Shown in pieces: positions 15,771 through 23,524 of a stretch of 23,524 nucleotides of DNA. The stretch is from Actinomycetota bacterium (GTDB taxonomy: Bacteria; Actinomycetota; Actinomycetes; JAKEEW01). The DNA is taken from contig JBKOZJ010000136.1 of the NCBI GenBank assembly GCA_046725875.1, positions 1 to 23,524 on the forward strand. Direction: 5' to 3'. The notes under the pieces are model-generated. The model was not told where the DNA came from and did not search any database. It saw only the letters and a list, made by a program, of their open reading frames with translations. The translations under genes and the position numbers were made by a program. Within the stretch, counting starts at the first letter, position 1. Each line of letters opens with the position of its first letter.

Positions 15771-17255
15771 ATGGCGGCCGTCGACGCAGCGCGGGTCGCG
15801 ACCCCGCAAGACACCGCCCAGAGCCGGGTCCTTGGGGGGCACCCGCGTCGCCTGACTCGGCGGTGGGAACGCACTTACGTTGCCGCGTTAATCGTCGTCG
15901 ACGCGTGTGCGGCCTGGGCCGCCGGGGTGATCGCATATGTTGCGCGCTTCATGGATCGAAGCCCAGATAGCTGGTACGTCTGGCTCAGCGCGCTCCTCCC
16001 GACCATCTGGGTGGCGTGCGTAGGCGCGAACCGGGCCTACGAGTCGCGCTATCTGGGTGTCGGTTCGGAGGAGTTCCGCCGGGTGATGACCGCCGCGGTG
16101 TGGCTGACGGCCGGCGTTGGGACCTTCTCCTGGATAACGAAGGCAGAAGTCGCGCGTGGCTACGTGCTCATTGCCCTGCCGGCGACCGCGCTCTTCACCC
16201 TCGCCGGACGCTACGCCGCCCGCAAGCGGCTGCATCGGCTACGCGCACGCGGCGAGTGCGTGCAGCGGGTCGTCATCGTAGGCGAGCCCGAGTCGGCCGC
16301 GACCCTCATTCGCCGGTTGCGGAAGGAGCGTTACCACGGCCTCGAGGTGGTGGGTGCATGCCTTCCGGAGGACGCGCCACAGGCCGCGCTCGACCACGTC
16401 GGAATCCCGGTGGTCGGCACGTTCGACAGCGTTGGTGAGGCAGTGCGGCGGGCGAAGGCAGACACTGTGGCCGTGCTCGCGTGTCCGGAGATGTACGGAC
16501 CCGCGCTGCGCCGGCTGAGCTGGAGCCTCGAGCGCTATAGCAGCGACATCCTCGTGGCGCCGACCCTTGTGGAAGTGGCCGGACCACGGATCGCAATCCG
16601 GCCCATCGCGGGCCTGCCCTTGATGCATGTGGACCATCCAGAGCTGACCGGGGGCCGCCGGGTCATGAAGGGATTGTTCGATCGCTGCCTCGCCGGTCTG
16701 TTGCTGCTCTTCCTCGCCCCGCTCCTGCTGGTGATCGCAGCGCTGATCAAGGTAACCGGCGGCGGCCCCGTGTTCTTCTACCAGCGCCGAATTGGCCGGC
16801 ACGGGGCGCCGTTCACCATGGTCAAGTTCCGAACGATGGTCAGCGACGCGGAGCGGCTGCGCGCCGACGTGATCCATCTCAACAGGCACCACGACGGTCC
16901 GCTCTTCAAGATCAAGAATGACCCGCGGGTAACGAGAATCGGTGCCTGGCTGCGCCGATACTCCCTGGACGAGCTTCCCCAGCTGATCAACGTACTCATC
17001 GGCGACATGTCCTTGGTCGGACCGCGCCCACCATTGCCGGGCGAGGTTTCTGCTTACGGGCTGGACGCCCGGCGGCGGCTGGTCGTAAAGCCAGGACTCA
17101 CCGGGCTCTGGCAGATCGGCGGCCGGTCCAACCTCGACTGGGAGGAGTCCCTCCGGCTCGACCTTCGGTACGTGGAGAACTGGTCGCTCGCCCTCGACGC
17201 ACTGATCCTCTGGAAGACGCTGTTCGTCGTGGCCCGCGGCAACGGGGCTTATTAA
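15771..17255 (+). CDS. exopolysaccharide-type polyprenyl glycosylphosphotransferase (WbaP/bacterial sugar transferase family)
   Basis: N-terminal TM helices and a C-terminal bacterial sugar transferase domain (PVFFYQRRIGRHGAPFTMVKFRTM...GPLFKIKNDPRVTRIGAWLRRYSLDELPQLINVLIGDMSLVGPRP). The ORF opens at 15609, but the first in-frame ATG with an SD is 15771. Confidence 0.85.
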   Translation: MAAVDAARVATPQDTAQSRVLGGHPRRLTRRWERTYVAALIVVDACAAWAAGVIAYVARFMDRSPDSWYVWLSALLPTIWVACVGANRAYESRYLGVGSEEFRRVMTAAVWLTAGVGTFSWITKAEVARGYVLIALPATALFTLAGRYAARKRLHRLRARGECVQRVVIVGEPESAATLIRRLRKERYHGLEVVGACLPEDAPQAALDHVGIPVVGTFDSVGEAVRRAKADTVAVLACPEMYGPALRRLSWSLERYSSDILVAPTLVEVAGPRIAIRPIAGLPLMHVDHPELTGGRRVMKGLFDRCLAGLLLLFLAPLLLVIAALIKVTGGGPVFFYQRRIGRHGAPFTMVKFRTMVSDAERLRADVIHLNRHHDGPLFKIKNDPRVTRIGAWLRRYSLDELPQLINVLIGDMSLVGPRPPLPGEVSAYGLDARRRLVVKPGLTGLWQIGGRSNLDWEESLRLDLRYVENWSLALDALILWKTLFVVARGNGAY

Positions 17256-17264
17256 GCCAGGCGG

Positions 17265-18656
17265 TCAGGTGGGCCCCACCCGCTCGGTGATGCCGAGCTC
17301 GTACAGCCGGGCCATCACGGGCTGGATCGCATCCTCGGGTGAAATGCCGGTGGTATCCACGACCACGTCAGCGTCGGTCGGTTCCTCGTAGGGATCCGAG
17401 ATGCCGGTGAACTCGGAAATCAGGCCGGCACGCGCCTTGGCGTACCACCCCTTCCGATCGCGCCGCTCGCACACCTCGAGCGGCGTGGCGACATGGACGA
17501 GGATGAGTTCACCGCCGGCTGCCGAGACCATCCGCCGCACCTCTTCCCGGGTCGCGGCGTAGGGCGCGATCGGTGCGCAGATCGCGATGCCCCCGTGCCG
17601 GCTGATCTCGGCGGCCACGAACCCAACGCGTCGGATATTGAGATCACGATCGGCCCGGGAGAACGTCAACCCGCTGGACAGCAGCTGCCTGACCTCGTCG
17701 CCGTCCAGCAGCGAAACCGGCACGCCATGCTGCTCGACGAGCCGGTCGCGGAGGTGGCGGGCGAGGGTGGACTTGCCGGAGCCGGACAGCCCGGTGAAGA
17801 AGACAGTGACACCTCCCCGGGAGTGCATGGAATGGGCCGCGAGAGAGGTGGGCGTGGCTGCACCCGCAACCGGCTCGCCGCGGACCAGGACCACGGGCAG
17901 CTCGGGGGGCGCCTGGGCCGCGGCGGCATCCGAGACCAGAACGTGGGTGGCTCCATAGGCGGCGCCCACCAGTGCGGCCATCTGCTCCTCGACCACATCG
18001 CTTGTCGGCGGCAACCCAAGCGGCACCACGAGTGGCCGGTTGGGCAGCTCGGCCACGGCCGCGAGGGCGGTCCGGCCGCGTTCCACCGCCGCCAGGTAGT
18101 CACCGCCGACTAGCGGGAGCAGCAGCGGCTGGGCCGTAAGCTCTTGCGCCAGCCGAGCGACGAGTGCGAGGTTGGGCCCGTCGAGCGATTCCGACAGTGG
18201 AACCCCCAGCACAGCGCCGGTCTTGGAGAGAACGGCCCGGAGATCTGCCGGCGCTCGGCGCAACGAACGGAACGGGCCGTGCGAGGCCTGGCGAAGCGGG
18301 ACCGGTGTTCCGGCGAGGTGGAACCGGTCGTCCGGATCTGACCAGACTTCCGTCACGGGGAGCGCGGCCAGCGGCACGCCCTCCCCGTCGTGGAGAGCCA
18401 CCTGACCGCCCACAGCGATCCCGGGCACAGATCCAGCTGGGCGGTCGAGCGTGACGGGCCGGGGGACGTAGCTGCCATCCGGGAGCCGGCCGCCGGACCG
18501 TACCGCCGCGTACTCCTTCTCCGTCATATAGCCGGTCACGGGTAGGGCGCCGGCCAGCAGGAGCTCGAGGCCGTCGGCTTCGGCGGTCGTCAGAGTGAGG
18601 ACCGGCCATCCTGTCGCGGCGGCCGGCAGCACGACTTCGCGTCCATACTCCGTCAA
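17265..18656 (-). CDS. adenylyl-sulfate (APS) kinase fused to an N-terminal ATP-sulfurylase-like domain with degenerate catalytic motifs
   Basis: The C-terminus carries P-loop FTGLSGSGKST, LDGD and a FISPY-like motif (APS kinase). The N-terminal part aligns to ATP-sulfurylase domains (LELLLAGALPVTGYMTEKEYAAV..., ...AAYGATHVLVS), but the QTRN, HRAH and GRD motifs are replaced (PLSE, absent, VSD). The start is inferred at TTG 18656 (GTG 18662 alternative). The longer ORF to 19274 overlaps the convergent neighbour and lacks coding character. Confidence 0.7.
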   Translation of the reverse strand: MTEYGREVVLPAAATGWPVLTLTTAEADGLELLLAGALPVTGYMTEKEYAAVRSGGRLPDGSYVPRPVTLDRPAGSVPGIAVGGQVALHDGEGVPLAALPVTEVWSDPDDRFHLAGTPVPLRQASHGPFRSLRRAPADLRAVLSKTGAVLGVPLSESLDGPNLALVARLAQELTAQPLLLPLVGGDYLAAVERGRTALAAVAELPNRPLVVPLGLPPTSDVVEEQMAALVGAAYGATHVLVSDAAAAQAPPELPVVLVRGEPVAGAATPTSLAAHSMHSRGGVTVFFTGLSGSGKSTLARHLRDRLVEQHGVPVSLLDGDEVRQLLSSGLTFSRADRDLNIRRVGFVAAEISRHGGIAICAPIAPYAATREEVRRMVSAAGGELILVHVATPLEVCERRDRKGWYAKARAGLISEFTGISDPYEEPTDADVVVDTTGISPEDAIQPVMARLYELGITERVGPT

Positions 18657-18839
18657 TGGCACCCCACCCGGTCGTAGGTTCGTCTCGATAACAGTGTTGC
18701 AGGGCAATGATGAAGCAGAGGTCGCGCTTCGAACACCACCGTTGACGTGCCAGAATCCACGGCCAACGATCGTGGTGGAGGATCTCTTGGCTAGGCGCGC
18801 GCCGGTGTGCGGACGCCGCAAAGAGGCTGGAGGAGTGGC

Positions 18840-19556
18840 ATGCACGTGGTGACAATCTCCGCTGCGTACGGTGCCGGTGGGAGCGTCGTCGGGCCGGCAG
18901 TCGCCGAACGCCTCGGCGTGCCGTTCGTCGATAGGGCCATTCCCGAAGCCGTGGCTGCCGAGATCGGCTGTTCGCTCGACGCCGCGCTCGCACATGACGG
19001 GCGGAGCGAGCCGGGGATCGGAAGGTTGTTCGCCGCCACCGCCCGGGTGCCGAACATCGCCCTGGGAGGCCTGGAGAGCTACTTGCCGCCGCAGGAGATC
19101 ATCGCCGAGGAGGAGTTCGTCCGGCGCACTGAGGAGCTCATCTGCCGGGTCGCCGACACGACGGGTGGGGTCATCCTCGGCCGTGCGGCGGCAATCGTCC
19201 TGGCCAGGCGTCCCGAAGTGCTGCACGTTCGGCTTACTGGTCCCGAGGATGCCCGGGTCCTGCAGGCGATCCACCTATATGGCCGGGACGCGGAGTCGGA
19301 GTGGCGACGGCTGCGGGAGAACGATCGGGCGCGCGCAGCCTACGTCAAGCACTTTTACCGAGCCGATGCGACCGACCCGAAGTACTACCACCTCGTGGTC
19401 GACAGCACGGCGATCCCGTTGGAGACGGTGACCGCCCTCGTCGTCACCGCAGCCCAGGGTTTCCGGCCAAAAATCGCGGAGCAGGACAAGGCCTCCGACG
19501 TTGCTCGCGATCGCTGGACCCATCGTCGAGCGCCCAGCCGCTTAAGGCGCGGATGA
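18840..19556 (+). CDS. cytidylate kinase-like family (AAA/P-loop) protein
   Basis: MHVVTISAAYGAGGSVVGPAVAERLGVPFVDRAI is the typical N-terminus of this family. GGAGGAG lies 8 nt upstream of the ATG at 18840. Confidence 0.7.
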   Translation: MHVVTISAAYGAGGSVVGPAVAERLGVPFVDRAIPEAVAAEIGCSLDAALAHDGRSEPGIGRLFAATARVPNIALGGLESYLPPQEIIAEEEFVRRTEELICRVADTTGGVILGRAAAIVLARRPEVLHVRLTGPEDARVLQAIHLYGRDAESEWRRLRENDRARAAYVKHFYRADATDPKYYHLVVDSTAIPLETVTALVVTAAQGFRPKIAEQDKASDVARDRWTHRRAPSRLRRG

Positions 19557-19630
19557 TCAAGCCTCAGCAGGGGTCCGGGCCGCGGGTATAAGACTGTGCG
19601 AAGTGGCGTGAAGGCGTAATCATTAGGGAC

Positions 19631-20212
19631 ATGAGCCAGCCGCTCACCGGTCGCTTGTTGGTTGCCACCCCGCTGCTGACCGACCCCAACTTCGCGCGCT
19701 CCGTGGTGCTGGTTCTCGATCACGATGAGGACGGCACGCTTGGCGTAGTGGTAAACCGGCCGACGCAGGTGGACGTGACTGCGGTGCTTCCGCCGTGGTC
19801 CGAGCTCACCTCCACACCGCAGGTTGTCTTCCAGGGCGGCCCGGTCGCGCTCGACAGCGCACTCGGCCTGGCGGCGGTAAACGCGACTAACGGGCCCAGC
19901 GACGGCGACGGCGAGGAGGAGCCGCTTGGCTGGCGCCGCGTACACGAGCGCATCGGCCTGGTCGATCTCGACGCACCTCCAGAGATCTTGGCTGCCGAGC
20001 TCAGCGCAATGCGGATCTTCGCCGGCTATGCCGGTTGGGGGCCTGGGCAACTGGAGGATGAGATCGCCGAGGGCGCCTGGTATGTCGTTGATGCCGAGCC
20101 CGCCGATCCATTCAGCGAAAGCCCCGACGGCCTATGGCAGCGGGTGTTGCGGCGGCAGACCGGCGAGCTCGCCTTCGTCGCAACCTTCCCGGAAGACCCG
20201 TCGATGAACTGA
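19631..20212 (+). CDS. YqgE/AlgH family protein (UPF0301)
   Basis: GRLLVATPLLTDPNFARSVVLVLDHDEDGTLGVVVNRP is the characteristic N-terminal block. Confidence 0.85.
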   Translation: MSQPLTGRLLVATPLLTDPNFARSVVLVLDHDEDGTLGVVVNRPTQVDVTAVLPPWSELTSTPQVVFQGGPVALDSALGLAAVNATNGPSDGDGEEEPLGWRRVHERIGLVDLDAPPEILAAELSAMRIFAGYAGWGPGQLEDEIAEGAWYVVDAEPADPFSESPDGLWQRVLRRQTGELAFVATFPEDPSMN

Positions 20213-20225
20213 CTACACTGGCTGG

Positions 20226-20507
20226 ATGTCCACTCCGCTGGAAAGCCCGCAGACCGAGCGTCGGCTCGGCACTCTCACCGAGGAACGGGTCAAGCCCAGC
20301 TTCGGCGACGGCGACCACGAGCGCCTCGCCCATTACGTCCAGAAGGACAAGCTCACCGACGCCGTCGTGAACGGGACTCCGGTCATTGCCCTCTGCGGCA
20401 AGGTGTGGGTGCCCAGCCGCGATCCGCAACGCTTCCCTGTCTGTCCAGAGTGCAAGGAGATCTACGAGCAGATCCCGCACAGCGACGGTGAGCAGGGCGA
20501 GTCTTAA
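20226..20507 (+). CDS. small conserved actinobacterial protein, DUF3039-like
   Basis: DGDHERLAHYVQKDKLTDAVVNGTPVIALCGKVWVPSRDPQRFPVCPECKEIY. This is a Cys-containing conserved core of about 90 aa. Confidence 0.55.
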   Translation: MSTPLESPQTERRLGTLTEERVKPSFGDGDHERLAHYVQKDKLTDAVVNGTPVIALCGKVWVPSRDPQRFPVCPECKEIYEQIPHSDGEQGES

Positions 20508-20753
20508 CTAAGCTCAGAGCCTGTTCTGTCGGTTGGGTGGTGCCGCGGATCGACAGGTTGTAGTCGCGCGAAAAGCGGTGGGCGACCGCACCCTCAGCGC
20601 GCCACCTGTACCGGTCTGATCAGTGGGCCCGTCATTGGCAGGAAGCGGCTGGGTCTATCGCAGCCAAATGATCTCTGCTGACATCTATCCCGACGACTAG
20701 TGATCCAGTACCTTTTGGGTGCCAAAACCGGCCCTTCAGAACAGGGGGCAAGT

Positions 20754-21239
20754 GTGAGCAAGAGACTCACGATCAGCGACATCGTCATCGTCGTATCCGG
20801 GGTGGTCCTCCTCGTCGCGTCGTTTCTCACGTGGGTGGACTACCCATCCCTCAACCTCGGCCCACTGGGGGCACAGCTTCAGCAGCTTGGGATCGACGTC
20901 GATATACCAACTGGTGAGCAAAATGCCTGGGACCACTTCCCAGGATTCGTCTACCCGGCCATTGGTGGCACTCTCGCCGCTCTGCTGGTGGTGCTAGGTC
21001 TCGCCAGCGTCCGGCTCGGTGACGGCGTGGCGGGCTTCAGCTTGACCCAGATTTACCTGCTGCTGGGTGCCTGGGCGTTCCTTTCCACGCTCGCCGTTGC
21101 GCTCGAGGACTTTCGTGGCGCAGACAAGGGAATCGGCCTCTGGCTGAGCTTGGCCTTCTCGGCGGTCCTCTTCGTGGGCGCCCTCATCCGCACCCAGGAG
21201 AGGGTGGCCGCGCCCGCGGCGGAGGCGACGCCGGCTTAG
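20754..21239 (+). CDS. hypothetical integral membrane protein (about 4 TM helices)
   Basis: Hydrophobic segments VIVVSGVVLLVASFLTW, TLAALLVVLGLASV, IYLLLGAWAFLSTLAVAL and LSLAFSAVLFVGALI. GTG 20754 with GGGGGC SD, though the ORF opens at 20700. Confidence 0.5.
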   Translation: MSKRLTISDIVIVVSGVVLLVASFLTWVDYPSLNLGPLGAQLQQLGIDVDIPTGEQNAWDHFPGFVYPAIGGTLAALLVVLGLASVRLGDGVAGFSLTQIYLLLGAWAFLSTLAVALEDFRGADKGIGLWLSLAFSAVLFVGALIRTQERVAAPAAEATPA

Positions 21240-21406
21240 GACAACGACACCGGCGTCCGCCCGTCACTCCGCTGACCCGGCCCCGCTCCGCGGCACCATC
21301 CGGTCCCAGGGGCGGGGCCGCCTCTTGGAGCACAAGATCGACTCCTTGCGTCGTCGGATGCCGCTAACGATGCGCGCGCCGGCGGCGCTGCCGTACATTC
21401 GGCGCT

Positions 21407-22048
21407 GTGCCCGCGGAGACGTCGCAGACGCTTGACCGTGGACTACGACTCCTCGCGGTTCTCGCCGAAGCGCCCAGCGGGCTGACGGTGACTGAGCTCG
21501 CCGGGCAACTCAGCGTGAACCGAAGCGTGGTCTACCGGCTGCTCGCCACCTTGGAGGAGCACCGGCTGGTCCGCCGGAACGGCGACGGCCGCGCCATGCT
21601 CGGTCTCGGCCTGCTCCAGCTCGCCCAGCGGGTACAGCCGCTGCTCCGGGACGCGGCGGTGCCGTCGCTGCGCCGACTCGCCGAAGAGGTGGGAGCCACC
21701 GCCCATCTCACGATTGCCGACGGCCGTGACGCTCTCGCCGTCGCCGTGGTCGAGCCGTCCTGGACCGATTATCACGTCGCATACCGCGTCGGCTCCCGGC
21801 ATCCGCTGGGCCGCGGCGCGGCCGGCCGGGCGATCCTTGCCCGCCGGCGCGGCGAAACGCTCGATCCGCCCTATGTCGTCACCGAGGGGGAGCTGCAGGT
21901 CGGCGCGCATGGGATCGCGGCACCGCTGCTGAGCGTCCCGGCGATCGAGGCGAGCGTCGGGGTGGTCGCGCTAGCCGAGCTCGATGCCCGCAAGGTGGGC
22001 CCACGGGTCGTCCGAGCGGCCGCCGACGTAGCCACCGCCCTCCGCTGA
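21407..22048 (+). CDS. IclR-family transcriptional regulator
   Basis: N-terminal wHTH (LDRGLRLLAVLAEAPSGLTVTELAGQLSVNRSVVYRLLATLEEHRLV) and a C-terminal IclR effector domain. Confidence 0.85.
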   Translation: MPAETSQTLDRGLRLLAVLAEAPSGLTVTELAGQLSVNRSVVYRLLATLEEHRLVRRNGDGRAMLGLGLLQLAQRVQPLLRDAAVPSLRRLAEEVGATAHLTIADGRDALAVAVVEPSWTDYHVAYRVGSRHPLGRGAAGRAILARRRGETLDPPYVVTEGELQVGAHGIAAPLLSVPAIEASVGVVALAELDARKVGPRVVRAAADVATALR

Positions 22049-22088
22049 GCCCTGCATGGGCGCGAAGCGACCGACGATTTCGGGATGC

Positions 22089-22874
22089 CTAACCGAACAT
22101 GCGGCGGACGGTTTCGAGGGTCACTAGTCCGTTGGTGATGGCGAACTCGACGAGCTGTTCCTTCCGGGCGGTTCGCCGCGGCGCGCCCGACCTCTCCCGC
22201 GCCATCGCCTGCTTGGCCTCCTCGGGCGTCGCCGATCTGGCCTGCTCGGCCGTCCACGGCTTCTCGCCGATGGGCAGCTTGGCGCGTACGTCGTCCAGGC
22301 GCCGGTCGACCCAGTCGCCGTCGCGCTCCTCGGCGATGAGGCCGTACTCGTACAAGCGCTCCGCGATCTGTGCCGATGTTGGGATCCACGGGCTCTGTGG
22401 ATTTCGCAGCGTCGGTTCGCACAGCGCGACCAGGCACCGGAAGTAGGCGGTCTGCTCGTTCAGGCCGAATGCCGTCATGGTGGGCTCGCCCGGCACCGTG
22501 CGGTCGTCTGCATCATCGGGCACCACTGGTCGCCCGTCCTCGCCCACCTCGATCTCGAAGTAGTCCGAGACTCCGGCGAAGGTCACCCGCGCCTTGCCTT
22601 CGGTTACCAGATATGCCTGGCCCGGTCGGAGGCTGATGGACGCCGGCTCCACGCCGAGGCGTACGAAGATGGGATTCGAGCCGGTGTTGGTGAGGAGTAT
22701 CCCGTACGGGGTCGGCTCGAGCACGCCGGCTCGCCTGCTCACCCGTGGCGACCCGCTCACGGTCAGGTCGACGGCTTGCCCGGGGACCGCCCGGCCGAAC
22801 GACAGCATCCCGCCGGCCTCGATTTCGACCGGATCACGGCCGGGCAGCAGCACCCATCCTCGCGTGTCAGCCAT
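22089..22874 (-). CDS. hypothetical protein with an N-terminal FHA-like domain
   Basis: LSFGRAVPGQAVDLTVSGSPRVSRRAGVLEPTPYGILLTNTGSNPIFV resembles FHA (GR...VSRRHA...GS.N.FV). ATG 22874 with AGAGGATAG SD, while the longer ORF to 22949 lacks an SD. The gene directly follows the upstream gene. Confidence 0.55.
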   Translation of the reverse strand: MADTRGWVLLPGRDPVEIEAGGMLSFGRAVPGQAVDLTVSGSPRVSRRAGVLEPTPYGILLTNTGSNPIFVRLGVEPASISLRPGQAYLVTEGKARVTFAGVSDYFEIEVGEDGRPVVPDDADDRTVPGEPTMTAFGLNEQTAYFRCLVALCEPTLRNPQSPWIPTSAQIAERLYEYGLIAEERDGDWVDRRLDDVRAKLPIGEKPWTAEQARSATPEEAKQAMARERSGAPRRTARKEQLVEFAITNGLVTLETVRRMFG

Positions 22875-22878
22875 GTAA

Positions 22879-23424
22879 CTATCCTCTGACCGCGTCCTTG
22901 ATCCGGTCGACCACCTGATCGATGACATCTTGCGGTGGATCGCCGGCAAGGCCCGAGCCGACCAGGAGCGCGATGGTCGCCGCGATCGTTACCGCGAGCA
23001 CGACGACGAGGAAGCAGCCCAGCACACTGCGCCAGCGCCCACGGGACTGTTGCGGATAGGGCGGGTAGTCGTAGCCGTACCGGGTCACCGCGCGACGCGG
23101 GACGGTCGCTTCCCGCTCGAGCTGCTCGACCCGGCGGGCCAGCGCGAAGTGCTCGCGGGCCAGCCGGTCGCGCTCCCTGCTCAGCTCGTCCCGCTGTCGA
23201 ACTGCGTTTGTCACCTCGGCCGACAGTCGCTTGATCTGCTCGGTCGGCGCCGACGAGTCCATGATCTCTGTGCTGGGGCCGCTAGCTGCCAGGCGGGCCA
23301 CCTCGGCCTGGAGCTTGTCCCGCTCGTCCGCGGCCCGCGCACCGGCCCGCTGGGAATCCCTCACCTGTTGCGCGAGCGCCGGCACGGCGGTTTCGTGGAG
23401 GTGCCGCGAGGTGTCGAGGAGCAC
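22879..23424 (-). CDS. hypothetical coiled-coil protein with C-terminal transmembrane anchor (N-terminus may lie upstream of 23424)
   Basis: A heptad-rich N-terminal half (LQAEVARLAA...RLAREHFALARRVEQLERE) is followed by a TM helix (VLGCFLVVVLAVTIAATIALLV). Its stop is 5 nt before the downstream gene start. Confidence 0.5.
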   Translation of the reverse strand: MLLDTSRHLHETAVPALAQQVRDSQRAGARAADERDKLQAEVARLAASGPSTEIMDSSAPTEQIKRLSAEVTNAVRQRDELSRERDRLAREHFALARRVEQLEREATVPRRAVTRYGYDYPPYPQQSRGRWRSVLGCFLVVVLAVTIAATIALLVGSGLAGDPPQDVIDQVVDRIKDAVRG

Positions 23425-23524
23425 GCCACCAGGCGTCGCGAAGATCCCTTGGACCCGGCCTCCGGGGCGGGTCAGGTAGAGGACGAGCGCCCGCCCGCCC
23501 TCCGGCTCGGGTCGGCCCGGCTCC

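Noticed and set aside
1-23524. CRISPR arrays, tRNA or rRNA genes, IS elements with terminal inverted repeats
   Set aside because: I found no regularly spaced direct repeats, no cloverleaf-compatible GTTCGA/TTCGAATCC contexts outside tmRNA, and no transposase-like ORFs.

Overview
This is a high-GC (about 65-70%) actinobacterial chromosomal segment. A conserved housekeeping backbone runs through it: prfB, then ftsE-ftsX and a coiled-coil M23 peptidase, then smpB, a convergent acyl-CoA dehydrogenase, and tmRNA (ssrA) with its terminator. Accessory material interrupts this backbone. At the left edge, a large serine recombinase and a decayed fragment of a second recombinase paralog sit directly upstream of the distal half of a Tad/Flp pilus locus (Flp/DUF4244-like, two TadE-like and one Tad-domain protein), with no tadZABC in the window. 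Between prfB and ftsE there is an NfeD-flotillin operon and two paralogous LPXTG-anchored surface proteins. These two genes share a roughly 200-bp conserved promoter/5' leader, signal peptide and sorting signal, but carry unrelated mature domains and perfect in-frame tandem repeats (VNTRs), and each has its own hairpin terminator. A 460-bp lower-GC spacer with three copies of a GTGCC(A/G)TTCA 10-mer follows. Downstream of ssrA the genes are an EPS-type polyprenyl glycosylphosphotransferase preceded by a 27-bp near-perfect palindrome, a convergent APS kinase fused to a catalytically degenerate ATP-sulfurylase-like domain, a cytidylate-kinase-like protein, YqgE/AlgH, a DUF3039-like protein, a membrane protein, an IclR regulator, and an FHA-like plus coiled-coil membrane protein pair. 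I found no rRNA, tRNA or CRISPR arrays. The most unusual element is the twin LPXTG cassette with its conserved, apparently structured leader.
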